From Chthonomonas calidirosea (GTDB lineage Bacteria > Armatimonadota > Fimbriimonadia > Fimbriimonadales > Fimbriimonadaceae), in assembly GCA_945859975.1 (NCBI GenBank), contig CAMAPH010000001.1, positions 145,070 through 209,069 of the forward strand: 64,000 nucleotides of DNA. Direction: 5' to 3'. The notes below the pieces were generated by a model that worked only from the letters and a program-made list of their open reading frames with translations, did no database searches and was not told the DNA's origin. Shown here one piece after another: positions 10,457-19,786 of the stretch (positions within the stretch are counted from its first letter, which is position 1; each line of letters starts with the position of its first letter). Position numbers and translations under genes: made by a program.

Positions 10457-11470
10457 ATGGCAAAGGTTTATTACACACAAGACACCAATACTGAGCTGGC
10501 TAAGTCACTCAACATCGTCGTTATCGGCTACGGATCGCAAGGCCACGCCCACGCGCAGAACCTAAAAGACAGCGGCTGTGAAGTCCGCGTCGCCCTCCAC
10601 CCGACCAGCAAGAGCATCGCAAAGGCAGAAGCCGACGGCCTCACCGTCCTAAGCGTCGAGGAAGCCACCAAGTGGGCCGACGTAATCATGTTCTGCACCC
10701 CAGACGTGCCGATGCGCGGAATCTATGCCGAAGCCGTCGCGCCGAACCTGAAACCCGGCACCACCCTCCTCTTCGCCCACGGTTTCAACGTCCACTACGG
10801 CTTCATCCAAGCTCCCGAAACCGTCGACATCGCGATGATCGCGCCGAAGGGCCCCGGACACCGGCTTCGCGCCGAATACGTCCGCGGCGCCGGAATGCCT
10901 GCCCTCGTGGCGGTTCAGCAAGACGGCACCGGTCAGGCCAAAGAGCGCGCCCTTGCCTACGCCTGGGGAATCGGATGCGCCCAGGCCGGCATCTTGGAGA
11001 CCACCTTCAAGGAAGAAACCGAAACCGACCTCTTCGGCGAGCAAGCTGTCCTCTGCGGCGGCATCTCCGAACTGATCAAGGCCGGATTCGAGACCCTCGT
11101 CGAAGCTGGATACCAACCCGAAGCGGCCTACTTCGAGTGCCTGCATGAAACCAAGCTCATCGTCGACCTCCTCTACGAAGGCGGCCTAAGCTACATGCGC
11201 TACAGCATCAGCGACACCGCCGAATGGGGCGACTACGTCGCCGGACGTCAGGTCATCGGAGCCGAGTCTCGCGCGGCCATGAAGGGCCTACTCTCCGACA
11301 TCCAAGACGGCTCGTTCGCCAAAAAGTGGATCGAAGAAAGCGAGAATGGTGCGCCGACCATGAAAGCCCGCCGAGCCGAAGAGCGCGCCCACCAGATCGA
11401 AACCGTCGGTAAAGAGCTTCGCGGCATGATGCCGTTCCTCGCCGTCAAAGAAGTCCCGTCCGGCTCCTAA
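10457..11470 (+). CDS. ilvC: Ketol-acid reductoisomerase
   Basis: Motifs [34 protein letters not shown] and SISDTAEWG. Confidence 0.97.
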   Translation: MAKVYYTQDTNTELAKSLNIVVIGYGSQGHAHAQNLKDSGCEVRVALHPTSKSIAKAEADGLTVLSVEEATKWADVIMFCTPDVPMRGIYAEAVAPNLKPGTTLLFAHGFNVHYGFIQAPETVDIAMIAPKGPGHRLRAEYVRGAGMPALVAVQQDGTGQAKERALAYAWGIGCAQAGILETTFKEETETDLFGEQAVLCGGISELIKAGFETLVEAGYQPEAAYFECLHETKLIVDLLYEGGLSYMRYSISDTAEWGDYVAGRQVIGAESRAAMKGLLSDIQDGSFAKKWIEESENGAPTMKARRAEERAHQIETVGKELRGMMPFLAVKEVPSGS

Positions 11471-11473
11471 AAC

Positions 11474-13030
11474 ATGACCGGAACCGTGCTCGCCACCGAA
11501 CTTTCTCCGGAGGAATACCTCCGGAGAATCCGCACCTCTGCGGTTTACAACGTCGCAAGGGTCACGGCCCTGGACGCCGCTCCGCGCCTGAGCCAGCGGC
11601 TGCGCCAGCACGTCTGGTTCAAGCGCGAAGACCTGCAGCCCATCCATAGCTTCAAAATTCGCGGTGCCTACCAGCGAATGACCGGCCTCGACTCGCAAGC
11701 CCTCGCGCTTGGCGTCGTCGCCGCAAGCGCCGGAAACCATGCCCAAGGCGTCGCCTGGGCCGCCCGAGAACTTGGCACCTCTGCCACCATCGTCGTGCCG
11801 GAAACCACTCCCGAGATCAAGCAGTCCGCCATCCGCTCCATGGGGGCAACCCTCGAAGTCTTCGGCGACACCTACGACGACGCCTACCATCATGCTTCCG
11901 AGATCGCGACCCGATCCGGGCGCGAGTTCATCCACCCGTACGATCACCCGGCGACCATCATCGGCCAAGGCACGATCGGCCTCGAGATTTTCAACCAGAT
12001 CCAAAACGCGGACATCGTGTTCGTTCCTGTGGGCGGTGGCGGTTTGATTGCCGGCGTCGCCGCCGTGATCAAGCAACTCTCGCCAAACACGAAAGTGATT
12101 GGCGTCGAAGCTGACGATGCCGATGCCATGACCCAGTCCATGCGCACCGGCGAGCGGGTCGCCCTCTCTTATGTCGGCTCCTTTGCGGATGGCTGCGCGG
12201 TTAAGAAGGTCGGCGAAGAGACCTTCCGCCTCTGCCAAATGTTCGTCGACGACATGATGACCGTCTCCAGCGACGAAATCTGCGCCGCCATTAAAGACGT
12301 TTTCGAAGAGCATCGTGCCCTCCCCGAGCCCGCTGGGGCTCTCGCCGTGGCCGGACTCACCAAGTGGGCACGAACCGCAACGCCCGGACAAAACGCCGTC
12401 GCCATTATCTCCGGCGCGAACCTCAACTTCGACCGGCTTCACTTCATCGCCGAGCGCACCGCCACCGGATCGGGCCGGGAAATGGTCCTCTCCATCCAGA
12501 TTCCCGAACAAGCGGGCAGCTTCGTTCGGCTCTGCCACGCCATCGGCAAGCGCAACCTCACCGAGTTCAACTATCGCTTCGGCGATTCGACCAACGCCAC
12601 CGTGTTTGCCGGAATCTCCGTCTCTGGCCCCGCCGATGCCGACGCCCTAAAGCACGGCCTCAGCAAGGCCAAATTCCACTACTCCGACCTGACTCACGAC
12701 GAGACCGCGAAGCTCCACATTCGCCACCTTGTCGGCGGCCGCAACCCCGACCCGACCCCGGAGCGGATTTTCCGCGTCGATTTTCCCGAGCGCGCCGGTG
12801 CGCTGGCCGCGTTCCTCGATCAGCTCGGATCGCGCTGGAACATTTCCCTGTTCCACTACCGAAACCACGGCGCCGACCGCGGTCGGGCCCTCGTCGGCTT
12901 CCAAGTGCCAACCGAGACCACCACCGACTTCGACCAATTCACCGTTGCCCAGCCTTTCCCGATGCGCGAAGTGACCGAGTCACCCGCCATCCAAGAATTT
13001 CTCACCCACAAAAATCAATATGCCATTTGA
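11474..13030 (+). CDS. ilvA: Threonine ammonia-lyase, biosynthetic, long form with two C-terminal regulatory domains
   Basis: PLP-lysine motif KREDLQPIHSFKIRGA; ASAGNHAQGVA, VGGGGL, FPERAGAL and SLFHYRNHG. Confidence 0.95.
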   Translation: MTGTVLATELSPEEYLRRIRTSAVYNVARVTALDAAPRLSQRLRQHVWFKREDLQPIHSFKIRGAYQRMTGLDSQALALGVVAASAGNHAQGVAWAARELGTSATIVVPETTPEIKQSAIRSMGATLEVFGDTYDDAYHHASEIATRSGREFIHPYDHPATIIGQGTIGLEIFNQIQNADIVFVPVGGGGLIAGVAAVIKQLSPNTKVIGVEADDADAMTQSMRTGERVALSYVGSFADGCAVKKVGEETFRLCQMFVDDMMTVSSDEICAAIKDVFEEHRALPEPAGALAVAGLTKWARTATPGQNAVAIISGANLNFDRLHFIAERTATGSGREMVLSIQIPEQAGSFVRLCHAIGKRNLTEFNYRFGDSTNATVFAGISVSGPADADALKHGLSKAKFHYSDLTHDETAKLHIRHLVGGRNPDPTPERIFRVDFPERAGALAAFLDQLGSRWNISLFHYRNHGADRGRALVGFQVPTETTTDFDQFTVAQPFPMREVTESPAIQEFLTHKNQYAI

Positions 13031-14693
13031 TCCGAAGCACCAATCCAACACGATTGCCCAAGGCACCGACAAAACCGCCAACCGCGCCATGCTCCGCGCA
13101 ATGGGCCTGGGAGATCGCGAAATTTACGATCAGCCCTGGGTCGGCGTGGCCAGCGTTTGGTCCGAGGCCACCCCGTGCAACTGGAACCTCGACGAGCAGG
13201 CCCGCTTTATCGCGAACTCCGTCGCGGCATCCGGCGGCACCCCGCGCCGATTCGACACCATCTCCGTAAGCGACGGCATCGCCATGGGCCACCAGGGCAT
13301 GAAATGCTCCCTCGTGAGCCGAGAGGTCATCGCCGATTCCGTCGAGCTCATGATGCGCGGCCACTGCTACGATGCCCTCATCGGCGTCGCCGGGTGCGAT
13401 AAATCCCTCCCCGGCATGCTCATGGTCATGGCCCGCCTCAACGTGCCGAGCATCTTCCTCTACGGCGGCACTATCCTCCCCGGCCACATCCACGGAAAGG
13501 ACGTCACCATTCAAGATGCCTTCGAAGCTGCGGGCGCCTTCGCCGCCGGAAAAATCGACGCAACCGAACTCAAGAGCGTCGAATGCGCCGTCTGCCCCGG
13601 GGCCGGAGCCTGCGGTGGACAGTACACCGCTAACACGATGGCATGCGTTGCCGAAGCCCTCGGCATGGCCTTGCCCGGCTCGTCATCTCCGCCGGCCGTT
13701 TCCACCGAGCGCTCCCTTTTCCTTGCCGAAGTCGGGCGGCAGATTGTTGAGACCATCCGCCTCGGCATCCTCCCGCGCGATATCATCACCCGCAAGTCGA
13801 TGGAGAACGCCGTCGCGATTGCGGCTGCAACCGGCGGCTCAACCAACGTCGCTCTGCACATCCCCGCCATCGCCCACGAGCTCGGCATCAACTTCACCCT
13901 CGACGACATTCAGGCCGTCAGCGAGCGAACCCCGACCCTCGCCAACCTCCGCCCCGGCGGGAAGTACGTGATGCTCGATTTACATGCCGTCGGCGGCGTT
14001 CCGGTGGTGCTCAGGGCCCTCCTCGATGCCGGTTGCCTCCACGGAGACTGTCTCACCGTCAACGGAAAAACCATGGCCGAGAACCTGGAAGGGATCGAGA
14101 TTCCCGAGGGTCAAGACGTCGTTCATCCGCACACCTCCGCGTTCTATCCCACCGGCGGACTCGCGATTCTCAAGGGCAATCTCGCCCCGGATGGCGGTGT
14201 GGTCAAGACGACCGGCGTCACCAATCTCTCCCACACCGGCCCGGCGCGATGCTTCGACAGCGAGGAACTCGCGATGGCGGCGGTTCAGCGACGCGAAGTC
14301 GTTTCGGGCGATGTTGTCGTGATTCGCTACGAAGGACCGAAAGGCGGCCCCGGAATGCGCGAAATGCTCGGCGTGACATCCGCCATCGTCGGTCAGGGCC
14401 TCGGCTACGAAGTCGCTCTCCTTACCGATGGTCGCTTCAGCGGTGCGACTCGCGGCCTGATGGTCGGCCACGTCGGGCCAGAAGCCTACGACGGTGGCCC
14501 GATCGCCCTTGTCCGAGATGGCGACCAGATCACCGTCGATGCCACGACCGGCGAAATCTCCGTCGCCGTCACCGACGACGAGTTGGCAGAAAGACGCGCC
14601 GCTTGGGTCGCCCCCGAGCGCGTTCTTACCGGCGTCCTTAAGAAGTACGCCGCCCAAGTCGGTCCGGCTTGCTCGGGCGCGGTGACCGTCTAG
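13020..14693 (+). CDS. ilvD: Dihydroxy-acid dehydratase
   Basis: Motifs TPCN, SDGIAMGH, GCDKSLPG, YEGPKGGPGMREML and TDGRFSG. Confidence 0.96.
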   Translation: MPFDPKHQSNTIAQGTDKTANRAMLRAMGLGDREIYDQPWVGVASVWSEATPCNWNLDEQARFIANSVAASGGTPRRFDTISVSDGIAMGHQGMKCSLVSREVIADSVELMMRGHCYDALIGVAGCDKSLPGMLMVMARLNVPSIFLYGGTILPGHIHGKDVTIQDAFEAAGAFAAGKIDATELKSVECAVCPGAGACGGQYTANTMACVAEALGMALPGSSSPPAVSTERSLFLAEVGRQIVETIRLGILPRDIITRKSMENAVAIAAATGGSTNVALHIPAIAHELGINFTLDDIQAVSERTPTLANLRPGGKYVMLDLHAVGGVPVVLRALLDAGCLHGDCLTVNGKTMAENLEGIEIPEGQDVVHPHTSAFYPTGGLAILKGNLAPDGGVVKTTGVTNLSHTGPARCFDSEELAMAAVQRREVVSGDVVVIRYEGPKGGPGMREMLGVTSAIVGQGLGYEVALLTDGRFSGATRGLMVGHVGPEAYDGGPIALVRDGDQITVDATTGEISVAVTDDELAERRAAWVAPERVLTGVLKKYAAQVGPACSGAVTV

Positions 14694-15814
14694 CCGACCG
14701 CTGGAACATCGACCGGAACCGAGCCGTTGCGCAGCGAGTGGGTCGCGCAGACCCCCGCTGCCACGCTCATTCGGGCCGCGAGCGGAGACGTATCCGTTTC
14801 GCCACCGTGCTCGATGTAGCGCAAGAACTCTTCGATAATCCGCGTGTCCGACCCGCCGTGCCCGCCTCGCTCTTCTGCCGGGCGGAACTCGATATCTGCG
14901 GGTTCTTCGTACCCATATCGCGGTCGATTCCAAATCCGAATAACGCTCTTGCCCGGCGTGTCGCCGAAATTCTCAATGCGGCCGTGGGTGCCGATGACCG
15001 TGTAGTTTCGCACCGAATCCGGCGTGAAATGGCACTGCTGATACGTGGCCAGAACCCCGTTGTCCAGTTCCATCAGCATCATGCTCACGTCCTCCACGTC
15101 CAGCACCGGGTTCAGTTCGGTGATCTCCGTGGGCGGCCAGGAGTAGCGGAATTGTGCGCGCATCTCCGATCCTTCCGGGCGGCGGTTCGGCACGTTGCCG
15201 TAAACCATGTTGTTCCCCATCGCCACCACGCGCTTGGTGTAGCCGTTGCACAGCCAGTGCAGCACGTCGATATCGTGCGCGCCTTTTTGCAGCAGCAGTC
15301 CCGTCGATTTGCTCCGGTCAGCGTGCCAGTCGCAGAAGTAAGCATCGCCGCCGTAGCTCACAAAGTGTCGGCACCACGCCGTCTTCACTTCGCCAATCAT
15401 CCCGCTCTGAATGCACTCGCGCATCTGCCGAATCACCGCAAAGTGCCGCATGTTGTGCCCCAGATACAGCTTCGTCCCCGTCTCCGCGGCGGTGCGCAGA
15501 ATACGGTCGCACCCCTCAATCGTGATCGCCATCGGCTTCTCCAGGTAGATCGGGATTTTTGCTTGCAGCAGATTCACCGCGTGCTCTTCGTGCAGATAGT
15601 CCGGCGACAGCACGAAGATCGCGTCGAGGTCCAGCGACTTCAGCGACTCAAAGTCCGTGAACACCTGCGCGCCATCACCCGCGAACTCTTGAAAAGCCGC
15701 ATGAACCGCGACGTCCGGATCGGCCAACGCCACCAACCGATGCCCCTTCCCCGGCTGATGCGCCATCTTCGCAATAGAAGCCCGCAACCCCCACCCAATC
15801 ACCCCAAACCGCAT
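14690..15814 (-). CDS. Gfo/Idh/MocA family oxidoreductase (YteT-like)
   Basis: Start placed at MRFGVIGWGLR (15814). Motifs LEKPMA, GHNMRH, LLQKGAHDID and GHGGSD. The track's extension to 15979 only reads through repeat DNA. Confidence 0.88.
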   Translation of the reverse strand: MRFGVIGWGLRASIAKMAHQPGKGHRLVALADPDVAVHAAFQEFAGDGAQVFTDFESLKSLDLDAIFVLSPDYLHEEHAVNLLQAKIPIYLEKPMAITIEGCDRILRTAAETGTKLYLGHNMRHFAVIRQMRECIQSGMIGEVKTAWCRHFVSYGGDAYFCDWHADRSKSTGLLLQKGAHDIDVLHWLCNGYTKRVVAMGNNMVYGNVPNRRPEGSEMRAQFRYSWPPTEITELNPVLDVEDVSMMLMELDNGVLATYQQCHFTPDSVRNYTVIGTHGRIENFGDTPGKSVIRIWNRPRYGYEEPADIEFRPAEERGGHGGSDTRIIEEFLRYIEHGGETDTSPLAARMSVAAGVCATHSLRNGSVPVDVPAVG

Positions 15815-15851
15815 GAGGAGATTGTGCCGGATTTCGTAGCGCGCTTCCGAG

Positions 15852-15948
15852 CCTCCTGCTTTCGTTTCCGAACGAGAGGAGGGGGTTGGGGGTGGAGAGT
15901 TGTCTGAACCCCCTCTCCATTCCGATGGAGAGGGGGCAGGGGGTGAGG
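15852..15948. repeat. Two tandem G/C-tract palindromic units (CCCCTCTCC...GGAGAGGGG-type intergenic repeat)
   Basis: Unit 2 has the perfect stem CCCCCTCTCCAT-TCCG-ATGGAGAGGGGG (15909-15936) followed by CAGGGGGTGAGG. Unit 1 (15852-15899) is a degenerate copy ending GGAGGGGGTTGGGGGTGGAGAG. Confidence 0.7.
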
Positions 15949-15983
15949 AAAACGAACGGCCGATACCCGCCGCCCCCATTGCC

Positions 15984-16006
15984 GTAGCTCACTCGTCCCG
16001 AGTGAG
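15984..16006 (+). repeat. GTAG-tagged REP-like palindrome
   Basis: GTAG-CTCACTC-GTCCC-GAGTGAG. Confidence 0.75.
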
Positions 16007-16061
16007 TTCGCATAGCCAAATCTCGGACCCCAGACAAAACCCTTCTCTACAAATCTCCGAA

Positions 16062-16084
16062 CGCAGGCGGGACGCCTACGCTAC
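16062..16084 (-). repeat. GTAG-tagged REP-like palindrome, inverted partner of the 15984 copy
   Basis: Minus strand GTAG-CGTAGGC-GTCCC-GCCTGCG, with the same GTCCC loop as the 15984 copy. Confidence 0.8.
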
Positions 16085-16180
16085 GTCTCGAACCGCTCCG
16101 GGCGCGTTTCAGATGGCACTACCCAGCCAAATCTAAAGGGTTGTTCCCGATAACGAAGATTGCCGGTTCTGCCGGGTCGT

Positions 16181-16582
16181 CTAGGCGGCAACCTCTAACG
16201 GAGCATCAATCTTGACTTCCAAGAGGAGCACGACCACCCGTGAAAGCCATTGCAGGCTGCTGACCAAAATTGATTGGGCTACGATCATTGCCGCTTTTTC
16301 AGGAAGGACGGGAATTCTTGGTGCAATGCTTGCAACAAGGTCGTTCCACATGATTGCGATGAACACTAGCACGAGCAGAAACACCGTGCTCGTCAGAATC
16401 TTTCCCGTTCTTGAAATATCGAACGGGAACGGTCGGTCAACACGGCTTATGGTGCTCAAGCATCCGAAGCCGCATGCAACAGAAATCAAAATGGAACTCG
16501 GCGTGCCGTAGATGCAGAGTGCTAGAGGAAGCGGCTCGGCTATCCATAGCAGTATTCGGCCGAGCTTCCTAGTTAGATCCAG
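16181..16582 (-). CDS. Hypothetical membrane protein, start uncertain
   Basis: Track ORF 16181..16489. The frame stays open and hydrophobic up to about 16609 with no ATG; a CTG at 16582 would give MDLTRKLGRILLWIAEPL. Several TM-like segments. Confidence 0.45.
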   Translation of the reverse strand: MDLTRKLGRILLWIAEPLPLALCIYGTPSSILISVACGFGCLSTISRVDRPFPFDISRTGKILTSTVFLLVLVFIAIMWNDLVASIAPRIPVLPEKAAMIVAQSILVSSLQWLSRVVVLLLEVKIDAPLEVAA

Positions 16583-16650
16583 GTAGCTAGCTTCGATTCT
16601 TACACCGCCTCAAGCTCCGGTACAGCGGCACCGCTCGCAAATGTCCCACC

Positions 16651-16700
16651 TGCACCCCGGACGGGGTGCAAGAAGGTAGCCAGGGGTTGAAAACCCCTGG
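16651..16700 (+). repeat. Composite palindromic repeat (hairpin plus GTAG-tagged hairpin)
   Basis: TGCACCCC-GGAC-GGGGTGCA, then AGAAG, then GTAG-CCAGGGGTT-GAA-AACCCCTGG; both stems are perfect. Confidence 0.75.
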
Positions 16701-16873
16701 ACCGCCAAACCGACCCGATAAAGTCCGAGGAGCGCAGCGCCCCCCGCGCGGACTGAAACTACCGACCACCGCAACATTGTATGTCATGCCACGGTGCCCT
16801 GAGGACCCAGTTTCGTAAAAGCGAATCCGAACTCCCGAACCAATCCGAACAAACCCAAACCGGGAACGGGAAC

Positions 16874-16896
16874 CGCAGGCGGGATGCCTACGCTAC
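16874..16896 (-). repeat. GTAG-tagged REP-like palindrome, near-identical to 16062-16084
   Basis: Minus strand GTAG-CGTAGGC-ATCCC-GCCTGCG, one difference from the 16062 copy. Its TAG is the stop codon of ORF 16893..17195. Confidence 0.8.
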
Positions 16897-17195
16897 TTAG
16901 GACACCTCTTCCGAATTTTCGCCCCGTAAAGAACCAATCCCACGCCAACCAGCATCGAACCGATTCCGAGAAATGGCAACGCGTTTGCCACCGAACCGAG
17001 AGCCCGCATAAGGAAAGGCGGGGCGGCGAAAGCGACTCCCATCAATAAGTAGCCTCCGCCGCAAAAGAAACAACCGACAATCTGTACTTTGTTCAACTGA
17101 TCCTCCTGAAAACGCTTCGGGTTCTCGCGCATCTTACCGGCCCACCCTGATCCGAACCAGATTTGATGACCATAGCCAGCATCGAGTGCGAGCAA
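16893..17195 (-). CDS. Small hypothetical membrane protein with two TM segments (start may be the ATG of MRENPK)
   Basis: ORF track; two hydrophobic segments followed by a basic C-terminus. Confidence 0.5.
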   Translation of the reverse strand: MLALDAGYGHQIWFGSGWAGKMRENPKRFQEDQLNKVQIVGCFFCGGGYLLMGVAFAAPPFLMRALGSVANALPFLGIGSMLVGVGLVLYGAKIRKRCPK

Positions 17196-17207
17196 GTAGA
17201 GGTTTTT

Positions 17208-17888
17208 TCAGTCAGGAACGTCAAGCACACCGATGGCGTCCATGAAACGAAATTCGATCAACTCTAAGGCCACCAAATCATCAACAGTTGGCACAGCGTG
17301 AACGGTACGGATCTCATTCGCAAACTGCATGATCTGGATAAAACCAAGCTGATCTAGCATGGCGCGGACTTCGGGATTCCAAGTCTCGGCACCACCACCA
17401 CGCTTCCGTTCAGAGACCGTTAAGGCTGTGTCAAGCATGATCTCAACAGTGCTCAAGAACTTCCGCTGGCGGAACAACGAACGAGAAGAGTAGATACCGC
17501 TTGTAGAACGTTCAGTCGCTAGTGCAAAGTCGCGGAGTGAGGGAATGTTGTCCAGATCCCAAGCGACTTCTGAGATGGGTTGGCGTTTACTTGGCGGGAC
17601 TGGGTCAGGATAGGCAAGCGCCATACACGTTAGATCAAGCCGATAGCTTTCTAGGAATTCTTCTGGAGATACCGTCAAATCAGGATCGGCAGCGAAGCGA
17701 TCATTCCACATCGAAAGGTTTTCTGCCAAACCACTTTCAACTAAAGCGCTCTCTGCACAAGACGAAAGTTCCAGGTTGTTGGAGATGCCCGCTATAAGTA
17801 GCCCTAACTTGAATCGCGGCCCTGGCTGCAATCCCATCAGAGCCATGCCCAGTTGAAAAGTTCGGGCTCGCATCTCGTCCATTGACAT
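17208..17888 (-). CDS. Hypothetical protein
   Basis: 226-aa ORF with globular-protein-like composition and GAGG upstream; no recognised motif. Confidence 0.6.
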   Translation of the reverse strand: MSMDEMRARTFQLGMALMGLQPGPRFKLGLLIAGISNNLELSSCAESALVESGLAENLSMWNDRFAADPDLTVSPEEFLESYRLDLTCMALAYPDPVPPSKRQPISEVAWDLDNIPSLRDFALATERSTSGIYSSRSLFRQRKFLSTVEIMLDTALTVSERKRGGGAETWNPEVRAMLDQLGFIQIMQFANEIRTVHAVPTVDDLVALELIEFRFMDAIGVLDVPD

Positions 17889-17971
17889 TTATTGACCTCA
17901 ATCTAAACCATCTCGATGGCCCCGTTGTTACTCGTCTTGCCACAAGCACCAGGAACCCTGAGCAAGCACGT

Positions 17972-18268
17972 TCACGCGCGGTTTCGTGGTCTGCGATAAC
18001 ACCAAGCCGCTTCCGTAGTCATCGCCGCAAGCGAAACAACGACGCCGACAGCCCCGATCCAAAGTCCGAGCGCGGTCAGCCCGACCAAGTACAGATCGCA
18101 TCCCGCGCACACGGCCGCCATGCCGCCAACGGAGAGTAAGCCCGCCAACCCGCCTCTCCGGGACACTGCAAGGAGCACCGCCAGCCCGCCGAACAAGATC
18201 GCACCCCAAAGATAGACCCGCTCCGCCGCACCCATCCCGCCCACGATACCAAAGTTTGTCGTTGTCAT
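17972..18268 (-). CDS. Small hypothetical membrane protein with about three TM segments
   Basis: ORF track; Gly/Ala/Leu/Val-rich hydrophobic segments. Confidence 0.55.
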   Translation of the reverse strand: MTTTNFGIVGGMGAAERVYLWGAILFGGLAVLLAVSRRGGLAGLLSVGGMAAVCAGCDLYLVGLTALGLWIGAVGVVVSLAAMTTEAAWCYRRPRNRA

Positions 18269-18280
18269 CGGACGGCTCTC

Positions 18281-18607
18281 TCATCGTTCGATGTCGAACA
18301 CTGAATCCGCCGAATCTTCGTAAATCACCTCGTGCGACCGAAACTTGGTAAGCGAAACCCAAAAAGGTTCCTGCCCCGTTCCGCATTCCCACTCTTCAAG
18401 ACCCGTTTCCGCGGCCGCCGGCCAGCAGAATCCGCGCGTAATGAGCGGCACGCACGGCCCGTCGCACTTCACCCACACAGAAACGCGGCCCGGAATGATC
18501 TTATAAAGCATGAAGTTGAGCGGGACGATTGCAATGAGGCCATAGAAAAGCTTGAGCCATCTTCTCTTCCGATTCCTAATCTTAATCTCGGTCGCGCTGT
18601 TCGACAT
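18281..18607 (-). CDS. Hypothetical single-pass membrane protein with four Cys in the C-terminal domain
   Basis: Basic RNRKRRW before a TM segment; CDGPC, C and C downstream. Confidence 0.55.
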   Translation of the reverse strand: MSNSATEIKIRNRKRRWLKLFYGLIAIVPLNFMLYKIIPGRVSVWVKCDGPCVPLITRGFCWPAAAETGLEEWECGTGQEPFWVSLTKFRSHEVIYEDSADSVFDIER

Positions 18608-18784
18608 GCCCTATCAAGGCTAAACCCTCGGCGCTGTGAAAACATTCCAGCACGGTCGTTCGAACGATGCTAAACCTGAAGGAATCCCCTGAGTTTCGGC
18701 GACGCGTCACCGCCCAAACAAGCTCACTCCATAATTTGATGGTTTACTTTTCAGCGGCTCGTCTCCTAACAGATGCATGCAAAA

Positions 18785-18954
18785 CAATAGCCAAGCAAAG
18801 CAACTCAAGGCAATGCAAAGCCACACAAAGCGCCCCCTTGAACCTAAACGGGGCTGTAATTAATTAATCCGCCTGAGGGGGAACGTTAATTAATTCCGTT
18901 CCGAGAGCAATTCAAGGCCAAACAGAGCCAGACAAGGCCACCCAAAGCGCCCCC
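18785..18954 (+). repeat. Dispersed element copy 1: 57-bp double-TTAATTAA core flanked by 10-bp-period tandem units
   Basis: Core 18840-18896 is GAACCTAAACGGGGCTGTAATTAATTAATCCGCCTGAGGGGGAACGTTAATTAATTC. Both flanks are CAAAGCCACA-like arrays ending CAAAGCGCCCCC. Confidence 0.85.
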
Positions 18955-18961
18955 AACAGAA

Positions 18962-19786
18962 TCACCCTTTGACCGCCCCCGCCAACATCGCTTCGTAAAT
19001 CTTCTCTCGATACCGCCAGTAGACAACGAACGCCGGCAGCATCACGATCACCAGCGCGGCGAAGACGCTGCCCCAGTCGGCTTGGTACTGCCTCGCCATG
19101 GTTAGGTTCGCGAGGCCGATCGGCAAGGTTCGAATGTTCTCGGAGTTCGCCAAAACCAGGGCGAGGTTGAACTCGTTCCAGAGTCCGAGGCCGTTGAAAA
19201 TCGCGGCGACGATCAGGCCCGGCCGTGCCAAGGGGAGCATGATCTTTTGGTAGACCATGAGGTGCCCGCAGCCGTCCAACACCGCCGCTTCCTCGAGCTC
19301 GGTCGGAACGTTCTGAAAGAACCCGGTCAGCACAAAAACCGTGAAGGACAAGGAGAACGCGACGTAAACGATGCCCAGTCCGAGCAACGATTCGGACAAG
19401 CCGAGCCGCCGAAGCAGGTCGGTCAGCGGAGCCAAAACCAGGAAGTTCGGAAACATCATCCCGCCCAGGAAAATCGCATAAAGTGCTTTCGACCCTGGGA
19501 ACGGATACCGCGCGAAAATGTAAGCCGCCATCGCCCCGACCGGAATCAAAACCGCCAGCGACCCGACCGTCACCATCACGCTGTTCCAAAAATACTTGGC
19601 CAGCCCGGCCTCGTTCCAAGCCGCCGCGTAGTTCTCGAACTTCGGCTGCGCCGGAAGCGACCACGGACTCGCAAAAATTTCCGGGCTCGTCTTAAGGGAG
19701 CTGATGAGCACCCAAACCAGCGGAACGACAATCACCGCTAAGTAGGCGGTCAGCGCCACCGTGCCCAGCCACTGTCGCCCCTTCAA
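18962..19786 (-). CDS. Carbohydrate ABC transporter permease (MalG/NgcG-like)
   Basis: EAA motif ELEEAAVLDGC; WNEFNLAL; ends AGAVKG. Confidence 0.92.
   Translation of the reverse strand: MKGRQWLGTVALTAYLAVIVVPLVWVLISSLKTSPEIFASPWSLPAQPKFENYAAAWNEAGLAKYFWNSVMVTVGSLAVLIPVGAMAAYIFARYPFPGSKALYAIFLGGMMFPNFLVLAPLTDLLRRLGLSESLLGLGIVYVAFSLSFTVFVLTGFFQNVPTELEEAAVLDGCGHLMVYQKIMLPLARPGLIVAAIFNGLGLWNEFNLALVLANSENIRTLPIGLANLTMARQYQADWGSVFAALVIVMLPAFVVYWRYREKIYEAMLAGAVKG

Noticed and set aside
15815..15979. N-terminal extension of the Gfo/Idh/MocA ORF given in the track
   Set aside because: It translates palindromic repeat DNA (Pro/Ser-rich). The Rossmann motif begins at Met 15814, which has its own -10-like hexamer.
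17196..17210. In-frame TGA between ORFs 17208..17888 and 16893..17195 (possible read-through, selenocysteine or nonsense mutation)
   Set aside because: The two ORFs share a frame with four open codons between them, but there is no SECIS-like hairpin or redox motif. Same-frame adjacency is often chance, and homologues would be needed to argue for a split gene.
16085..18660. Integron cassette array as the explanation for the co-oriented ORFans
   Set aside because: I found no RYYYAAC...GTTRRRY attC-like structures by eye after the stops, and no integrase. An IntegronFinder run would settle it.
18667..18867. Protein-coding interpretation of the TTAATTAA element (track ORF 18667..18867, or MQNNSQAKQ... 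from 18777)
   Set aside because: Copy 2 does not preserve a start-to-stop reading frame, and conservation is block-like at the DNA level rather than codon-like.
18785..18954. Possible CRISPR array in the tandem 10-bp units
   Set aside because: The units are 10 bp, degenerate and contiguous, with no unique 25-45 bp spacers, and there are no cas genes in the window.
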